From the IMG/VR virus record IMGVR_UViG_2540341129_000004: 64,000 nt of DNA. One strand, 5' to 3'. This document shows positions 1 through 9,328 of the stretch, piece by piece. The DNA is from an uncultured virus (IMG/VR IMGVR_UViG_2540341129_000004). Taxonomy: Duplodnaviria; Heunggongvirae; Uroviricota; Caudoviricetes. The notes below the pieces were generated by a model that worked only from the letters and a program-made list of their open reading frames with translations, did no database searches and was not told the DNA's origin. A program made the translations under genes and the position numbers. How positions within the stretch are numbered: position 1 is the stretch's first letter; the number at the start of each line of letters is the position of its first letter.

Positions 1-547
1 CGGAAACAGCAAAAGAGCAAAGAATCATTTTTTTGAATCCGAAACGTTTATAAAACCAATAAATTGCGGGTAACACAAGGTAAAAGCTAATCTGAACAGG
101 AATTGTCCAAAGTGAATCGTTAAGGCGACCTGTGCCAATGTGATGGAATATGTCAGGGAAGTATTGAGGATATAACACAAAATTGCTAAGAAGCCATGTC
201 CAGTACTCTTTAGTAGTGAATACTGTTAATGAAAGAGCTCCTAGAATAATTAGCAGTACAGTGGAGGCAAGAGCATAGGTGTATATTGCGGGTGCGATCC
301 TGATAATTCGGCTCCAATAAAAATCAGTTACATTATTCCCTTTAAGCTTGGATCTTTCATAGGAAGTGAAAAGAAAAAATGCGCTTAGAAAAAAGAAAAT
401 TGATATGCCGGTGTGAAATATTGCTTTACTCTCTGGGGTATAACCAAAGACAGAAATGTTAAGATCTCTTGTAGCGTGACCAATCAACACACAAAGCGCA
501 GCAAAAAGCCTGACAAAAAAGAAACAATTAGAGTGTTTTACATTCAT
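1..547 (-). CDS. Acyltransferase-3 family (OafA/YrhL-like) membrane O-acyltransferase, 3' end outside the window
   Basis: Hand translation from ATG at 547: MNVKHSNCFFFVRLFAALCVLIGH...GISIFFFLSAF...FYWSRIIRIAPAIY, the R..A...V..H, FF.LS and R..RI.P motifs of AT3; SD GAAAGAGG upstream. Not in the ORF track. Confidence 0.85.
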   Translation of the reverse strand, partial: MNVKHSNCFFFVRLFAALCVLIGHATRDLNISVFGYTPESKAIFHTGISIFFFLSAFFLFTSYERSKLKGNNVTDFYWSRIIRIAPAIYTYALASTVLLIILGALSLTVFTTKEYWTWLLSNFVLYPQYFPDIFHHIGTGRLNDSLWTIPVQISFYLVLPAIYWFYKRFGFKKMILCSFAVS

Positions 548-850
548 TAAAAGAACCTCTTTCCTATACCATATGGCGAATAAGCAGTAAGGCTGCCTAT
601 AAGCAGTGATGATTATATCATAAAAATGGAAGATACGTTCTTGAAAATGAACTAAAATAAATATTTTTGTTCTCAATAAGGTATATTTGTGTGATATAGG
701 GAGGTGTAGATACTTATAAATACACGTATATATTCATAGATGCATGTATATCTAGCTATATCATGAAGAATACAGATAAATCAAGAAGTACCTGCCTGTT
801 CTTTCGCCTTTATTTCAAATATAGTATAATTTGGAAAAGGGGGAGAGGAA

Positions 851-1294
851 ATGAAAAAACTATTCTTTTTGGCTGTGATTTGCGTTGGTTCTATATTGAG
901 TTTCAACGTACCGAGTGCTGAGGCGAAGCTTACACTAGACTACAAAAATGTTAATTTCCACATGAGTGAGGATTCAGAGAGTTTTTCAATGGCAGATTAT
1001 TTTGATCGGAATTATGATCGTACGTGGCTCTTCTACAAATTCACAATCAGCAATGCTGAAGGATGTACTCTAAATATGAAAATCAGTAGGATAACTCTTG
1101 CTGGCTGGGTATTCCCACGTAGTGAAAAGCAGTTTGTAGGAAACTATGCTGACTATACTGCTACAGATCGAGTAGAGGGAGATGCAAATCGTAATCATGT
1201 GTTAGAGATTACAAAGAATCCAGACTGCGGAGATGTGTGGATTAAAGGTATATATGGATTTGAACATGAAGATTTATTTGATTGGGAAGCTTAA
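851..1294 (+). CDS. Secreted hypothetical protein
   Basis: MKK + hydrophobic core + AEA signal-peptidase site; strong SD. Confidence 0.75.
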   Translation: MKKLFFLAVICVGSILSFNVPSAEAKLTLDYKNVNFHMSEDSESFSMADYFDRNYDRTWLFYKFTISNAEGCTLNMKISRITLAGWVFPRSEKQFVGNYADYTATDRVEGDANRNHVLEITKNPDCGDVWIKGIYGFEHEDLFDWEA

Positions 1295-1300
1295 TACATA

Positions 1301-1326
1301 GTCAAGGTATATCCTTGACCTTTTTT
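1301..1326 (+). terminator. Intrinsic terminator
   Basis: GTCAAGG-tatat-CCTTGAC followed by a T run. Confidence 0.75.
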
Positions 1327-1381
1327 ATGGATATAATGATAATTTAAAGTGGTCATACATAATGAATGCGAGGTAGTAATA

Positions 1382-1585
1382 TTGATTAAATCAAATTTAA
1401 AGCCAATATTAGACGAAAGGAATATCAGTATTCGAAAGCTGTCCAATGATATTGATCATGGTTTTAACACAGTTAGGAAGCTGTATCATGACGAAATGGA
1501 GCGGTACCCAAGGGACCTGTTGGATAAAGTCTGTACATATTTAGATATTGAGCTGCATGAGCTGTTGACTTACAAAAAAGATTAA
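1382..1585 (+). CDS. XRE/Cro-type HTH regulator
   Basis: [16 protein letters not shown]...[18 protein letters not shown] pattern; TTG start after GAGG. Confidence 0.85.
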   Translation: MIKSNLKPILDERNISIRKLSNDIDHGFNTVRKLYHDEMERYPRDLLDKVCTYLDIELHELLTYKKD

Positions 1586-1640
1586 AACGCTTAATGTTTC
1601 CAATGTGCATTTCTTACTAAAAAATAAAGGGAGATTCAAA

Positions 1641-1856
1641 ATGATTGAATTCAAATTAAAGCAACTAGCTGAAGAAAAAGGAATAAGCGGTATAAGGGAA
1701 CTGTCGAGGGTTCTTGAACACGATTATAAAAGTGTACGTTTGATGTGGATGGGTGAAATAAAGCGAGTTCCGACAGATCTAATTGAAAAAGTGTGCTCCT
1801 ATTTTGACGTTACAATTAATGAACTAATGGAATTTAAAAAAGAAGAAAATAATTAG
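1641..1856 (+). CDS. XRE/Cro-type HTH regulator (paralog of the upstream gene)
   Basis: LKQLAEEKGISGIRELS...IEKVCSYFDVTINEL. Confidence 0.85.
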   Translation: MIEFKLKQLAEEKGISGIRELSRVLEHDYKSVRLMWMGEIKRVPTDLIEKVCSYFDVTINELMEFKKEENN

Positions 1857-1864
1857 AAAAAGTA

Positions 1865-1893
1865 TTGATCCTTTTTAGGGATCATGATATACT
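1865..1893 (+). promoter_or_regulatory. SigA-like promoter overlapped by inverted repeat TGATCC-N7-GGATCA
   Basis: TTGATC-17nt-TATACT; palindrome at 1866-1884. Confidence 0.6.
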
Positions 1894-1944
1894 GAAGTTA
1901 CAAGTTAAGGAAAATAAATACGGGAATTTAAAGGGAGATATACA

Positions 1945-2391
1945 ATGAAAACAACACTTAAAAAATTGTCTCAAAAAGAACTTCATAATCTAATAGGAAG
2001 TGCAGTTATATTAACAGAAAATCACACAACGATTTCTGGGGATAGAGTTTTAAAGAAAAAAGGATCTCAAGGGATACTGGTTGATTATCAAATGTTTTGG
2101 GGCGAGGCCACCATTCAATTTGGCAAAAGAAATTACAAAGTTAGCATGGGCATTGTTCAGCTTTTAGAGCAATCAGAAGAAATCGAACAAGAGAGTAGCG
2201 TTGTATCCAAAAAAGCAGAAACAGAAAAAGCTACTGATATAAAAGACGGGTACATTTTCACGGAGACAAAAACAATAGATCAAATTCTTGATGAACATAA
2301 TGATTATATGTCTTTGTACAGAATTTTTAATGATGATGCTTATTTAGAAAAAGCAAGACAAACGTTACAGCAACTGAAAAGCCATGAATAA
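1945..2391 (+). CDS. Hypothetical phage protein with C-terminal IDEAL-like helix
   Basis: ORF with SD; IDQILDEHNDY motif. Confidence 0.65.
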   Translation: MKTTLKKLSQKELHNLIGSAVILTENHTTISGDRVLKKKGSQGILVDYQMFWGEATIQFGKRNYKVSMGIVQLLEQSEEIEQESSVVSKKAETEKATDIKDGYIFTETKTIDQILDEHNDYMSLYRIFNDDAYLEKARQTLQQLKSHE

Positions 2392-2428
2392 ATAAAATCG
2401 TACTTTTAATCAGAAGGGAACTGACACT

Positions 2429-2761
2429 ATGATAGTGGCTCATTTAATAGGTGGAAATGAAATAGAAGGTATTAGTAACGGGGGTGTAATCATTAACGGC
2501 GAAAAGTTAGACGCGAGCTATGAGGATTTAGCTTCTGTCTGCGGGAGTATAGAATTGGGAGATTTAAATACAAGTATTACCATTCGTAGAAGTAGTGAAG
2601 ATGTACTAAGAGATTATATTAAGTTGGTGCAAGATTTTGATGCCGAACTAGGCGAAGAATTTGTAATTAACAATCATTTAACAGAAGAAGTTCGTTGTAG
2701 CACATATCAAGTTAATTTTGAAGATAAAACACTAACATTGATAATTGATACATATGAATAA
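2429..2761 (+). CDS. Hypothetical protein
   Basis: ORF with SD. Confidence 0.65.
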   Translation: MIVAHLIGGNEIEGISNGGVIINGEKLDASYEDLASVCGSIELGDLNTSITIRRSSEDVLRDYIKLVQDFDAELGEEFVINNHLTEEVRCSTYQVNFEDKTLTLIIDTYE

Positions 2762-2888
2762 AATGTTGATTGACTGAGTGATGGAGAGTTTACTACGAAA
2801 CGAACCTTGGTAAGTTTGTTGAAAGGGAATAAAATTAAGGAGGATTCTTTATAAAATCATTCTTTTAAAGAGAGAAGGACAATCGTGA

Positions 2889-4241
2889 ATGAGCACAAAG
2901 TTATATGAAAAATCTAAATACCTAAAAAAGAAACTAGCACAAAGTGATAAGATTGATGAGTCTATAAAGAGCTTTTCTTATGACATTTATGATTCGTTAG
3001 ATCATAAGCCTGATTTCAAAAACGCACCAATTGGTATTAAACCATCTTCAGGAGAAAAGATAAGTGTTGACTTCTTTGCGGAAAAAGAGCGAATAGAAAT
3101 GCTGATCGATTGGACATTAGAAATTTATCCAATAATACTCATACTTGAGAATGAATGTAAATTACCTATTGAGAGGGATGTTTCAGAGGATTTAGATGTT
3201 TTTTTAAATAATGTGTATGATAAATTTATAAATGCATTAAATAGTTTGCCTTGTGAACAAACATTTGAACTCTCAAAGGTTGAATCAATTGATAAATTGA
3301 GAAACATGATTTCAGAATCTCTGCAGCAGAGCTTAAATGGTTCAGCAGGATCAGCTTATGAAAAATTCAAAAACGGAATGGATTACTTTATAAACGAATT
3401 AGGTGATTTGAGTGGTTTGTCATTATTAGTTGAAGAAATTCGTACTTATGACACTTTGTTTAGGATGAGAAAGGGAGAAAACGAGAATCAAGTTTTTTTA
3501 AAAGAGGATATGTTTCATGTTCCGTTTGAAAAAAGAGGGAGAATAGGTTCAAATAGATTTAGTTTGCTGGGATTTCCAAGCTTATACCTAGGAAGTTCTT
3601 TGGCAGTATGTAAGGAAGAATTGTGCGAATCAACAGCGGATTTGGAAAGCATGCAAGCTTCAGCAATAAGAATTAATGATATTGAAAATGTTCAAATACT
3701 TGATATTAGTTTACCATCATCAGTGATATCTAAAAGGTTAGGATTTTTATTTGAGTCAACTTACAAAGGAAAAACAAGTTTTAATTTTAATAACTTATTT
3801 TTACTTTGGGTTGTAAGTGCAGCTTGTTCCCTAAAAGTTAAAAACCCTCATGATAAGTTTAAACCAGAATATATAATTCCACAATTTTTAACTGAGTGGG
3901 TTAAATGCAGTTCTGAATATGCAGGTATTTGTTATATGTCAACTAAGGTAAGCGCATTGACCACTGAAAACGTGGGCTTATATAAGAATTATGTTTTCCC
4001 AATCAAAGAAAGAAAAAGTAAAGGACACTGTCCTTATTTAAGCAGTTTATTTGAAGTGTCACAACCTAAGAGTTTTTATAATTCGAACGATCTGCTTGAA
4101 TGCACTTATAATAAGGTCTCGATTTACTTAGATGAATCCATAGATAAGGATACAGAAGGAAATTCAATTCCCTACGAAAACACTGATTTAGGGAGAATGG
4201 AGGCCGTATTAATTAGCTCGTTTAGGAATAGTGACATTTAA
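2889..4241 (+). CDS. RES-domain protein (putative NAD-degrading toxin/defence effector)
   Basis: FRMR, NRFSLLGFPSLYLGSS, E, EYIIPQFLTEW and GICYMS motifs typical of RES domains. Confidence 0.7.
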   Translation: MSTKLYEKSKYLKKKLAQSDKIDESIKSFSYDIYDSLDHKPDFKNAPIGIKPSSGEKISVDFFAEKERIEMLIDWTLEIYPIILILENECKLPIERDVSEDLDVFLNNVYDKFINALNSLPCEQTFELSKVESIDKLRNMISESLQQSLNGSAGSAYEKFKNGMDYFINELGDLSGLSLLVEEIRTYDTLFRMRKGENENQVFLKEDMFHVPFEKRGRIGSNRFSLLGFPSLYLGSSLAVCKEELCESTADLESMQASAIRINDIENVQILDISLPSSVISKRLGFLFESTYKGKTSFNFNNLFLLWVVSAACSLKVKNPHDKFKPEYIIPQFLTEWVKCSSEYAGICYMSTKVSALTTENVGLYKNYVFPIKERKSKGHCPYLSSLFEVSQPKSFYNSNDLLECTYNKVSIYLDESIDKDTEGNSIPYENTDLGRMEAVLISSFRNSDI

Positions 4242-4272
4242 TAAAACAACGATTTTCAGGGATGGAGGACTT

Positions 4273-4500
4273 ATGACAGCCAAAATGATAACTGTCTGGT
4301 ACAAATACGATGATAAAGGCAACGAAGTCAAACTGAATCACATTGAAGATGGATGGGTGAATGGAGAATATCCAAAGCCTTTAGATCCGTCATTCACAAA
4401 TCAAGAAGCATGGAAGAAAAGTGATTGGGAAAGGAAACATGCTTACTTGGATGAACAATATCAAGCATTGAGCGTTCCACCAGCAAATTGGATTAGATGA
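4273..4500 (+). CDS. yopB: YopB-like hypothetical protein
   Basis: 75 aa, position and size as recalled for SPbeta yopB; SD GGAGG. Confidence 0.55.
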   Translation: MTAKMITVWYKYDDKGNEVKLNHIEDGWVNGEYPKPLDPSFTNQEAWKKSDWERKHAYLDEQYQALSVPPANWIR

Positions 4501-4528
4501 TGATCTGGAGATTTGGAGGGGAGTACAC

Positions 4529-4753
4529 ATGATCAAGGTTTATACAAGAGGTCATAAGATACCAGAAAAGATTAAGTCTTGCATCTCTGAATGGAATTAT
4601 TGGTCTTGGATTGTAGTTGCCAATACTGCAAAGAGGAATAAGGATGCGAAACGACTAATAGAGAAGATTGAAGCTGAACCAGACAGGATAGCGGAATATA
4701 AAACTGAAGACGGAATTGAAGTATATGTAAGCTACATGGATCCAGTGAAATAA
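4529..4753 (+). CDS. Hypothetical protein
   Basis: ORF with SD. Confidence 0.65.
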   Translation: MIKVYTRGHKIPEKIKSCISEWNYWSWIVVANTAKRNKDAKRLIEKIEAEPDRIAEYKTEDGIEVYVSYMDPVK

Positions 4754-4767
4754 AAAAGAGCATTAAA

Positions 4768-4950
4768 CTAAATGCTCTTCTTCATACCACACCTACGACA
4801 CTCACGTAAAAACACACCACTTTTCACTGAACTCTTGAACAAAGCATAATCACAGTTGTCACAGCGGCCATATTTAACATCGGGATACTCCTTATAATCA
4901 TAAACAACAGTTACATCGTACCCGTTAGTCTCAAAATCTTTCTCTTCCAT
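4768..4950 (-). CDS. Small Zn-ribbon protein
   Basis: CDNC...CRRC; SD AGGTG; hairpin at 4755-4780. Confidence 0.7.
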   Translation of the reverse strand: MEEKDFETNGYDVTVVYDYKEYPDVKYGRCDNCDYALFKSSVKSGVFLRECRRCGMKKSI

Positions 4951-5020
4951 TAAATTTCACCTACACAAAGTATTTAACACTACTATAATACCAGACGATG
5001 TATATAAGGAGGAGTTTTAT

Positions 5021-5272
5021 TTGATTGGAATAGCATATTTCTTAATACTCTGGCTGGGTATTGGCTTTCTAACGGGATTTAAGGCCTTATTTGTTGATCA
5101 GGTTTATGATGAAGAGTTTAAGCAGGAACTGATTGACTCATTTTCACCAGGTATGGAGCAGAATATGATTGAACTGTTCTTTAAGAATAAAATAAATATC
5201 ATGGTGTTTTACATACTCATTGGGTTGCTGCCACTGGCAATGAAAATTGCTGGTCTGCTGAAGAGGCGTTAG
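5021..5272 (+). CDS. yopE: YopE-like membrane protein
   Basis: 83 aa, two hydrophobic segments, synteny. Confidence 0.55.
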   Translation: MIGIAYFLILWLGIGFLTGFKALFVDQVYDEEFKQELIDSFSPGMEQNMIELFFKNKINIMVFYILIGLLPLAMKIAGLLKRR

Positions 5273-5274
5273 CT

Positions 5275-5490
5275 ATGCCGGTTATCGATACCTTTTTTGT
5301 TATTCAATTTGAAAATGATGATTAATTCAAGTCATTTAAATTAGATGGAAGTGGTTATATAGTATCTAAGGGGCTACATGGCGCTTCTAAATTTACTACA
5401 ATGTCAGAAGCTTTAGTGATCGCAAACGAGCTGCATACAGAGTTTAAAGCCATTTCTGCCATAAGACAAATTGAAGTTATTACTAGGTGA
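5275..5490 (+). pseudogene. yopF: YopF-like gene with in-frame stop
   Basis: 71-codon frame MPVIDTFFVIQFENDD*FKSFKLDG...EVITR interrupted by TAA at 5323-5325. Confidence 0.55.
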
Positions 5491-5501
5491 GGAGTGTTCA
5501 G

Positions 5502-5633
5502 GTGTACTGGATTGAATGGATTGAGGATGGGGAGAAGAAAAGCATTGTTGCGGACGGCTGGGTTGAATGGGCCGCAATCCTGGAAGACCTTTATCAGCAA
5601 CGATTTGAATATGTTGAATGGAAGCGGCTTTGA
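5502..5633 (+). CDS. yopG: YopG-like 43-aa protein
   Basis: MYWIEWIEDGEKKSIVADGWVEWAAILEDLYQQRFEYVEWKRL; SD GAGGAG. Confidence 0.6.
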   Translation: MYWIEWIEDGEKKSIVADGWVEWAAILEDLYQQRFEYVEWKRL

Positions 5634-5709
5634 AGAAAGAGTCGTCTTTTACTAAGTGTATTGGGAAACATTTAAAGATAAAATCAAAAAATTGTTGGAG
5701 GAATTAAGT

Positions 5710-6159
5710 ATGAATAACCTAGAGGATTTACAGAGCTATTTGGAAGTAATCACAGGGAAAAATTTCATTAAATCTGCTGCATATATTGAAGCACAGGAAA
5801 CACTTCTCATTAATTATTATCAATCCTTTGAAGAAGCATTTGAATATGATTTCAATGTAAGTAAATCAGATTATGAAAACTATTTTACACAGTCAAAAAT
5901 TGAAAAATTAATTGTTGAAGAAACTGCAAGATTGCTTAGGAAGTACCCATTTGTTCAGGTTATAGCTATCGATTTAAAGTTTGGTGGAAACGATTTTAGC
6001 GCGGAGGTTTCAAGAGAAAAATTTAATTCATTAACACAAACAAAACTAGAAGAATTGTCATTAGATGATGGCACTTGGCAAGAATTCCAGAACAAGTTTA
6101 CATCAGGAGTGAAAAATGCGAATAGAATCACTCTTTTTAATGAATTTATAAAAAAATAA
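5710..6159 (+). CDS. Hypothetical protein
   Basis: ORF with SD GGAGG. Confidence 0.65.
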   Translation: MNNLEDLQSYLEVITGKNFIKSAAYIEAQETLLINYYQSFEEAFEYDFNVSKSDYENYFTQSKIEKLIVEETARLLRKYPFVQVIAIDLKFGGNDFSAEVSREKFNSLTQTKLEELSLDDGTWQEFQNKFTSGVKNANRITLFNEFIKK

Positions 6160-6178
6160 TTTTGTTGAATGGAGACAT

Positions 6179-6747
6179 ATGGATAAATACTCAAACTTCA
6201 AACTAAAGATTGCTGCAAAACCTTCTTTATTTCATGGAAGAACTGTAAGGAAAGCAGTTGGTCAATCACTTTGGTATAGAATCAGGGATCATATATTACA
6301 AAAGGATACACCTGTATGTAGCATTTGTGGATTTTCCCCTCAGCCAGACGAAATGCGGAATCTTCATCTTCACGAGATCGAGGACTATGACTTTGAAAAT
6401 ATTGTGGTTACCTTAAGTGGATTAATTTAATTTGTGCAAACTGTCACGCTTTTCATCACTTTGGTTTCACACAATTGTATTCGAGTAAGGAAATAATGGA
6501 ACGATTAATTGAACATTTTGCAAAAGTCAATGAATGCGAAATAAACGACTTTAAAGATTACAGAAGGAGTTTACTATTTAGACGCCAACCGGAAGCAGAA
6601 ACCAAGAAAACAAAAACCAATCTGTCTTTTCAAGATATCAAAGCAGGTAACTATACAGTTAGATATGCAATAATCGGAGATATACCATTCAAAGACGAAG
6701 TTATTGATAAGCTAAACAAGAAGGGTGTTTATTACCAATACAAATAA
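6179..6747 (+). pseudogene. HNH endonuclease-like gene split by a frameshift near 6420
   Basis: CSICG...LHLHE in ORF 6179-6430 continues as INLICANCHAFHHFG in the frame of ORF 6475-6747. Confidence 0.7.
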
Positions 6748-6828
6748 CTGACATGACCTCTATTAAGAGGATCATGTCTTTATAAAATACGAATTTTAAA
6801 CAGATAAGTATTCCTTAAAAAATAATTA

Positions 6829-6880
6829 GAATAAAAATAAAATAAATACTTGTAATTCTGACAACTCTAATGTATATTAT
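6829..6880 (+). promoter_or_regulatory. aimR promoter with upstream SPBRE-like box
   Basis: GAATAAAAATAAAAT followed by TTGTAA and a TATATT/TATTAT -10 region. Confidence 0.6.
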
Positions 6881-6919
6881 AAACAAGGGAACATTAGTTG
6901 GGAAGGGGTGGAGTAACCA

Positions 6920-8074
6920 ATGAATCTTAAGCAGATGATTAAGAATGAATGTGAAAAAGACAACCAGCTCGCAGCGAAACTCTCAAAAATAGCAGGGTAC
7001 GAAAAGGTTAATGGTTTTTACAAATTCATCAACACCCCAGAGAAAGAAATGGACAACTTAGGCGGTTTAATTAATATTGTTAAGAGCTTGTTTCCGGATA
7101 ATGAAGAGCAGCTTCTAAGTGACTACTTCTTATCATTGGATCCCAATAAAAAAAGCGCAAGACAGTCTGTCGAGTATGCAGATTTAAACCAATGGAATGC
7201 ATTGACTGATAAGATCGTAAGCAATCTTTGCGAATCATCTAATTCAATAAGTCGTGAATGGGGACAGGTTTATTCCCTCCATAGAAAACTGAATAATAAT
7301 AAAATTTCTATAAATGAAGCAATCCGGGAAACTGGGAAATATAGAATTAAATCTCCTGAAATGTATTCATTTTCGAATATTATGATTATGTACGAATACT
7401 TGAAAATTGGAGAATTTGGCTTAATGAAAAGTACAGCTCAGTTTCTGGAGATTGACGAACTGTCTGATGGATTTATAAAAGATTCGTACAGTGGTCGAAT
7501 TGAACTGTTAAAGGCCAATATAAGCTTAAATGATTATGAACTAGAAGAAACCCGAAAACATTGTAGCGCTGTAATTGAAGAATGCAATAATAACAGGTTG
7601 ATTGTATTTAGTTATTTAACACTTGGGAATACATACATTTTTGAAGATTATGCTAAAGCAAAACTATGCTATGAAAAAGGCTTGAACTTTGCAAAAGACA
7701 ATAGCCATCATCATTATAAATTACGACTCGCACTTTGCTTTTTAGATAATGTCTGGGCGAGAGAAAACAAATGGGTAGATTTCGAGTCTCAAGAAATACC
7801 GGATATGATTGAAGCTGCTTTTTATTTGACTAATACTAAAGAAACTAAGAAAGCAGAAGATGTTATTAAAAAAATTGAAGAACATGATGTTCTGGATGAT
7901 GATTTAGGGTTTCTTTATCACGTTAAGGGCTTGCTGTATAATGATATGTCCCATTTTCACGAGAGTATAAAGAAATTCAAAAAGTCAGGCGATAGGCTCT
8001 GTCTAAATCTACCTTTGATTGAATTGAAAAAGCGTGGATACTCAGATGAAATATTAAATTTAATTGCGCTATAG
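6920..8074 (+). CDS. aimR: Arbitrium receptor AimR (HTH + TPR, RRNPP family)
   Basis: 384 aa, N-terminal HTH (AAKLSKIAGY...GFYKF), TPR-like helices, followed directly by aimP. Confidence 0.95.
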   Translation: MNLKQMIKNECEKDNQLAAKLSKIAGYEKVNGFYKFINTPEKEMDNLGGLINIVKSLFPDNEEQLLSDYFLSLDPNKKSARQSVEYADLNQWNALTDKIVSNLCESSNSISREWGQVYSLHRKLNNNKISINEAIRETGKYRIKSPEMYSFSNIMIMYEYLKIGEFGLMKSTAQFLEIDELSDGFIKDSYSGRIELLKANISLNDYELEETRKHCSAVIEECNNNRLIVFSYLTLGNTYIFEDYAKAKLCYEKGLNFAKDNSHHHYKLRLALCFLDNVWARENKWVDFESQEIPDMIEAAFYLTNTKETKKAEDVIKKIEEHDVLDDDLGFLYHVKGLLYNDMSHFHESIKKFKKSGDRLCLNLPLIELKKRGYSDEILNLIAL

Positions 8075-8102
8075 TTTTCTTCACTTGAAAGGAGGTGAAA
8101 GA

Positions 8103-8228
8103 ATGAAGAAATTTAATTGCGCGATTGTCATTTTACTAGCTTTAACTGTAGGATTTGTAAGTGGACAACAATCAGTCCAAACTGCTAACGGAGATATCAC
8201 AGTGGCTTCAGCTAGCAGAGGAGCATAA
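8103..8228 (+). CDS. aimP: Arbitrium peptide precursor AimP, mature peptide SASRGA
   Basis: MKKFNCAIVILLALTVGFVSGQQSVQTANGDITVASASRGA: signal peptide plus C-terminal xxxRGA; SD AAAGGAGGTGA. Confidence 0.95.
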   Translation: MKKFNCAIVILLALTVGFVSGQQSVQTANGDITVASASRGA

Positions 8229-8258
8229 CACAACTAGGAATTTACATAGTCAACGGTT

Positions 8259-8290
8259 AGACGTTTGATCCAAAGGATCAGGCGTCTTTT
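8259..8290 (+). terminator. Terminator between aimP and aimX
   Basis: AGACGTTTGATCC-aaa-GGATCAGGCGTCT then a T run (13-bp stem with two G-U pairs). Confidence 0.85.
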
Positions 8291-8304
8291 CTAATTTAAA
8301 GGGG

Positions 8305-8341
8305 AAGTTCCTATATTTTATAAAACCAAATATAAGACCAT
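8305..8341 (+). promoter_or_regulatory. Putative AimR operator upstream of aimX
   Basis: AAGTTCC...AT-rich spacer...TAAGACCAT between the terminator and the aimX SD, resembling my recollection of the phi3T AimR site. Confidence 0.5.
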
Positions 8342-8353
8342 GGGGGAATTAAA

Positions 8354-8509
8354 ATGAAAAAGCATTTCGGAAAAGCACTTTCTTATGAGGAAATGGCTAA
8401 GGGATACATGGAAATGGGAGATATTAATTTAGAAATTTCCCAGGAGGATAATCATCTTGAAAATGAAGCAGAAATGATTAGATCAAAATATAAAGCAAAG
8501 GTATCCTAA
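8354..8509 (+). CDS. aimX: AimX protein (MazE-mimic, MazF-binding)
   Basis: MKKHFGKALSYEEMAKGYMEMGDINLEISQEDNHLENEAEMIRSKYKAKVS, 51 aa; GYxEMxxINxxIxxE motif shared with the B. subtilis MazE C-terminus. Confidence 0.9.
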   Translation: MKKHFGKALSYEEMAKGYMEMGDINLEISQEDNHLENEAEMIRSKYKAKVS

Positions 8510-8572
8510 TGAGGATTAAAGACAAATCAGCAGACATTTTAACACATACATAGGGGATGTGTTATTTGTCGT

Positions 8573-8622
8573 GAATAAAAATAAAATAAATTATTGCATA
8601 TTATTGTAGCAACATATATAAT
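8573..8622 (+). promoter_or_regulatory. SigA promoter of the sro operon with SPBRE-like box
   Basis: GAATAAAAATAAAAT, then TTGCAT-17nt-TATAAT. Confidence 0.75.
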
Positions 8623-8658
8623 GAAGTTACAAGATGAACGTTGTTGGGAGATGAAACA

Positions 8659-8871
8659 ATGGAAACAACCAGTGCCACTCAAAAGGAAGAGTTGAAGATT
8701 ACATCATTAAGACAATATCAATACATAAAACAACTAAAGAACTTCACACGAGTCAATCTCCACCTAGAGGATCCAGATGTGTTTACACCTAATAATGTAA
8801 CTACAATGAGAAAAAACTATAAAGAATACAACCTCATTAAAGAACAAAAAAATTCTATAAAATGTATTTAA
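8659..8871 (+). CDS. First gene of the repression operon (SroA position)
   Basis: Position after aimX; SD GGGAG. Confidence 0.6.
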   Translation: METTSATQKEELKITSLRQYQYIKQLKNFTRVNLHLEDPDVFTPNNVTTMRKNYKEYNLIKEQKNSIKCI

Positions 8872-8885
8872 GGAGTAAAAATAAA

Positions 8886-9116
8886 ATGAATAATAAATAT
8901 TATACAGAAGAAAACAAGGCTAAGGTTTGGAAAAAGCATATGATCGTTTTAAAGTTTTTAGAGCAGCCTGAGATAGCAATTGCTTATAATGAGTTCCTAC
9001 GAAGAGAAGCAACAAGTGATGAATGGGTTGGGTTCGAAGAGGAACTTTATGAGGAACTGACGGGGATGCCAATTATAAACGTCTGTAAGGACGAAAGGGT
9101 AAATGTCCTAAACTAA
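8886..9116 (+). CDS. SroB/phi3T_93-position protein
   Basis: Second small gene of the operon; SD AAGGAG; identity inferred from position. Confidence 0.55.
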   Translation: MNNKYYTEENKAKVWKKHMIVLKFLEQPEIAIAYNEFLRREATSDEWVGFEEELYEELTGMPIINVCKDERVNVLN

Positions 9117-9154
9117 ATTTTATTATAGGATAAAAATAAATTAGGTGTGATAAA

Positions 9155-9319
9155 ATGAATACAGACATTTTAATTAACGCTCTTAAAGAATACGACATGC
9201 TAAAGCAAATTGAAATCTGTAACGCTAATTTAATGCTGCTGAGTAATATTGAAGGGGAAAATGAATGGATTGTTGCATGGAAAGAATTTGATCAATACTT
9301 AATGAAAAAAATGATATGA
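9155..9319 (+). CDS. 54-aa protein (SroC position)
   Basis: MNTDILINALKEYDMLKQ...KKMI with SD AGGTG; not in the ORF track. Confidence 0.6.
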   Translation: MNTDILINALKEYDMLKQIEICNANLMLLSNIEGENEWIVAWKEFDQYLMKKMI

Positions 9320-9328
9320 GGTGTCATT

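Noticed and set aside
704..762. Alternating purine-pyrimidine, weakly repetitive tract upstream of 851
   Set aside because: Too degenerate to define a repeat unit or an origin.
5355..5600. 81-aa minus-strand ORF
   Set aside because: Overlaps the better-supported yopF-like pseudogene and yopG-like gene on the plus strand.
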